Shown here piece after piece: positions 62,787-64,000 of a stretch of 64,000 nucleotides of DNA (positions are counted from its first letter, which is position 1; each line of letters begins with the position of its first letter). Below the pieces are notes generated by a model, which saw nothing but the letters and a program-made list of their open reading frames with translations, searched no databases and was not told the DNA's origin. Made by a program: the position numbers and the translations under genes. This stretch comes from a plasmid. The stretch lies in the sequence record NZ_CP016173.1, one strand, 5' to 3'.

Positions 62787-63952
62787 AGAACATGACCAGG
62801 ACTCCCACGCCACACGACCGCTTGCAGCGCTTTGCGCTAGGTGGCCGAGAAACTTGGAAAGCCTACTGGCACAGAGGCACAACGCTTCTGTGTGACCACG
62901 GGGGTCGCACGCTTTGGATGGCTGTTCTGCTGATAATTACTGGCATGGCATACAGCACGCGCCACTACCCAGTCGAGCTGGGTGTGCAACGCGTGGTAGC
63001 TATCGTGGAGGCACTCGGCCTCGCCATTACGCTTTCGTTGCCGGTGATTGGCGCATTAGCACATGCCCACAATTCGTGGAGCTGGCATACAGTTCACGGC
63101 GAACTTTATCGTTTCATACATGGCTTGGCGATTTATGTCATCACACTTTGGACGATTGGAGCTGTGGGTGATGACACCTATCGTTGGATCTCAGCAAATC
63201 CAAACGATGCGGCAGCGGCTGCGGTGGCAGTGTGGATCTGTTGGCTCATGCTACGCGTCACATTAAGACCGGCACACAACCCGAGCTTCGCTCGCAGCGA
63301 CGCCGCTGTGGCGCCCGGTATTGCGCTTCTGCCTCGCAGAGCCACAGCGCGGGACGCTAGGTACACCGCTGCCCATGAAGCCGGACATGCACTGGTGTAT
63401 GCCGCACTCGGTAGGCTCCCACCAAATGTGCGGTTAGTTGTGAATCCGCATGCCGATGAGAACGGCGTCATCGGGTTTGTCACGGCCATCGACAGCGAGC
63501 ACAGGCTAGACGAAACATCTTTCGTGGAATGGCACATGCTGGCTTTGTTGGCCGGAAAACTCGGCGAGACTTCCCTGTATCGCGAATCCACGCTAGGAAG
63601 CCGTAACGACCATACACGATGGCTCAACATTGCACGCGTTTATCTTTCCAATCACCATCGTGGCATCTACTACACCGAACCCCAGAACAAGTTTGAGCAG
63701 GAGCAAAATGAGGCCAAGCTCAACGCACTACGCAGCGAGCACTTGAAGCTGCTGGAGGCGCTTTTCGAGCGTAATGCTGACGTGTTCAAGCAACTTGCGG
63801 CAGCGCTACTGGACAAGCGGAGCTTGGGCCGCGAAGACCTACTCCCGTTTCTCGCCCGCGTGCAGCTCCCTCCACGCTTCCCTCTTCCGTTCGGCCCCTT
63901 CCAGCAGTTCAGCAATGAATGGCCCATGAGGGCAGAGACAGCCGAAAGTTAG
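62783..63952 (+). CDS. Membrane-anchored FtsH-type (M41-like) zinc metallopeptidase without an AAA domain
   Basis: Four to five N-terminal TM helices, then AAHEAGHALVYAALG (HEAGH zinc motif identical to FtsH). Downstream, LAGKLGETSLYRESTLGSRNDHTRWLNIARVY aligns to the FtsH peptidase-domain region (GG.AEE…G.TGA.NDL..AT.IAR.MV). 389 aa. Confidence 0.55.
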   Translation: MKNMTRTPTPHDRLQRFALGGRETWKAYWHRGTTLLCDHGGRTLWMAVLLIITGMAYSTRHYPVELGVQRVVAIVEALGLAITLSLPVIGALAHAHNSWSWHTVHGELYRFIHGLAIYVITLWTIGAVGDDTYRWISANPNDAAAAAVAVWICWLMLRVTLRPAHNPSFARSDAAVAPGIALLPRRATARDARYTAAHEAGHALVYAALGRLPPNVRLVVNPHADENGVIGFVTAIDSEHRLDETSFVEWHMLALLAGKLGETSLYRESTLGSRNDHTRWLNIARVYLSNHHRGIYYTEPQNKFEQEQNEAKLNALRSEHLKLLEALFERNADVFKQLAAALLDKRSLGREDLLPFLARVQLPPRFPLPFGPFQQFSNEWPMRAETAES

Positions 63953-64000
63953 CCTACTTCTGGTCGGGGGGCCCATCCACTAACGAAAGCCATCGCGGGA

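Noticed and set aside
1-64000. Search for CRISPR arrays, tRNA/rRNA genes and IS transposases
   Set aside because: No regularly spaced direct repeats with unique spacers were seen. No tRNA-like cloverleaf or T-loop (GGTTCGAATCC-type) segments were noticed in the intergenic regions next to either integrase. No DDE-transposase-like ORFs were found. Therefore none are reported.

Overview
This 64-kb window is high-GC (roughly 60-65%), densely coding proteobacterial DNA that looks like part of a large conjugative element, either a plasmid or an ICE. No rRNA, tRNA, CRISPR array or transposase was recognised.

Left third (1-19 kb): blocks of an IncI/R64-like Dot/Icm type IVB conjugation system. On the minus strand at the left edge are IcmM/DotJ-, IcmL/DotI- and IcmK/DotH-like genes. 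After a tyrosine recombinase gene, a plus-strand DotD-DotC-DotB (PilT/VirB11 ATPase) operon follows, then a small IcmT-like membrane gene, a ParM/StbA partition gene with small partner ORFs, a DotM-like membrane gene, a DsbC/TrbB-like disulfide isomerase and a DotA/TraY-like polytopic membrane gene. A stand-alone EAL c-di-GMP phosphodiesterase sits directly after the DotA-like gene, and an invasin/intimin-family adhesin (inverse autotransporter) follows at 19.9-22.6 kb.

Middle (24.8-27.8 kb): a RelE/ParE toxin-antitoxin pair and a second, XerC-like tyrosine integrase.

Right half (28-64 kb): a maintenance/leading-region-like backbone on both strands. It carries many small ORFs, a 1120-aa ORF with no recognisable motifs, KfrA-like and H-NS-like proteins, an ArdC-like protein, and topoisomerase III with a second short type IA topoisomerase-like gene downstream. 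These two sit at the end of a tightly packed 11-kb minus-strand operon of paralog-rich unknown genes. Further right are a beta-class DNA methyltransferase with an overlapping partner ORF, a ParB-like gene, an HU protein, a P-loop ATPase and a membrane-anchored FtsH-type (M41) peptidase lacking an AAA domain.

The most notable sequence-level observations are: a 15-bp motif recurring upstream of three transcription units and flanking the integrase/TA module; repeat-rich candidate regulatory regions around the first recombinase; a perfect 30-bp in-frame tandem duplication; twin promoters sharing TATAATCCACAT; and a repeated roughly 65-aa domain (DINGNxVG signature) in two large unknown proteins.
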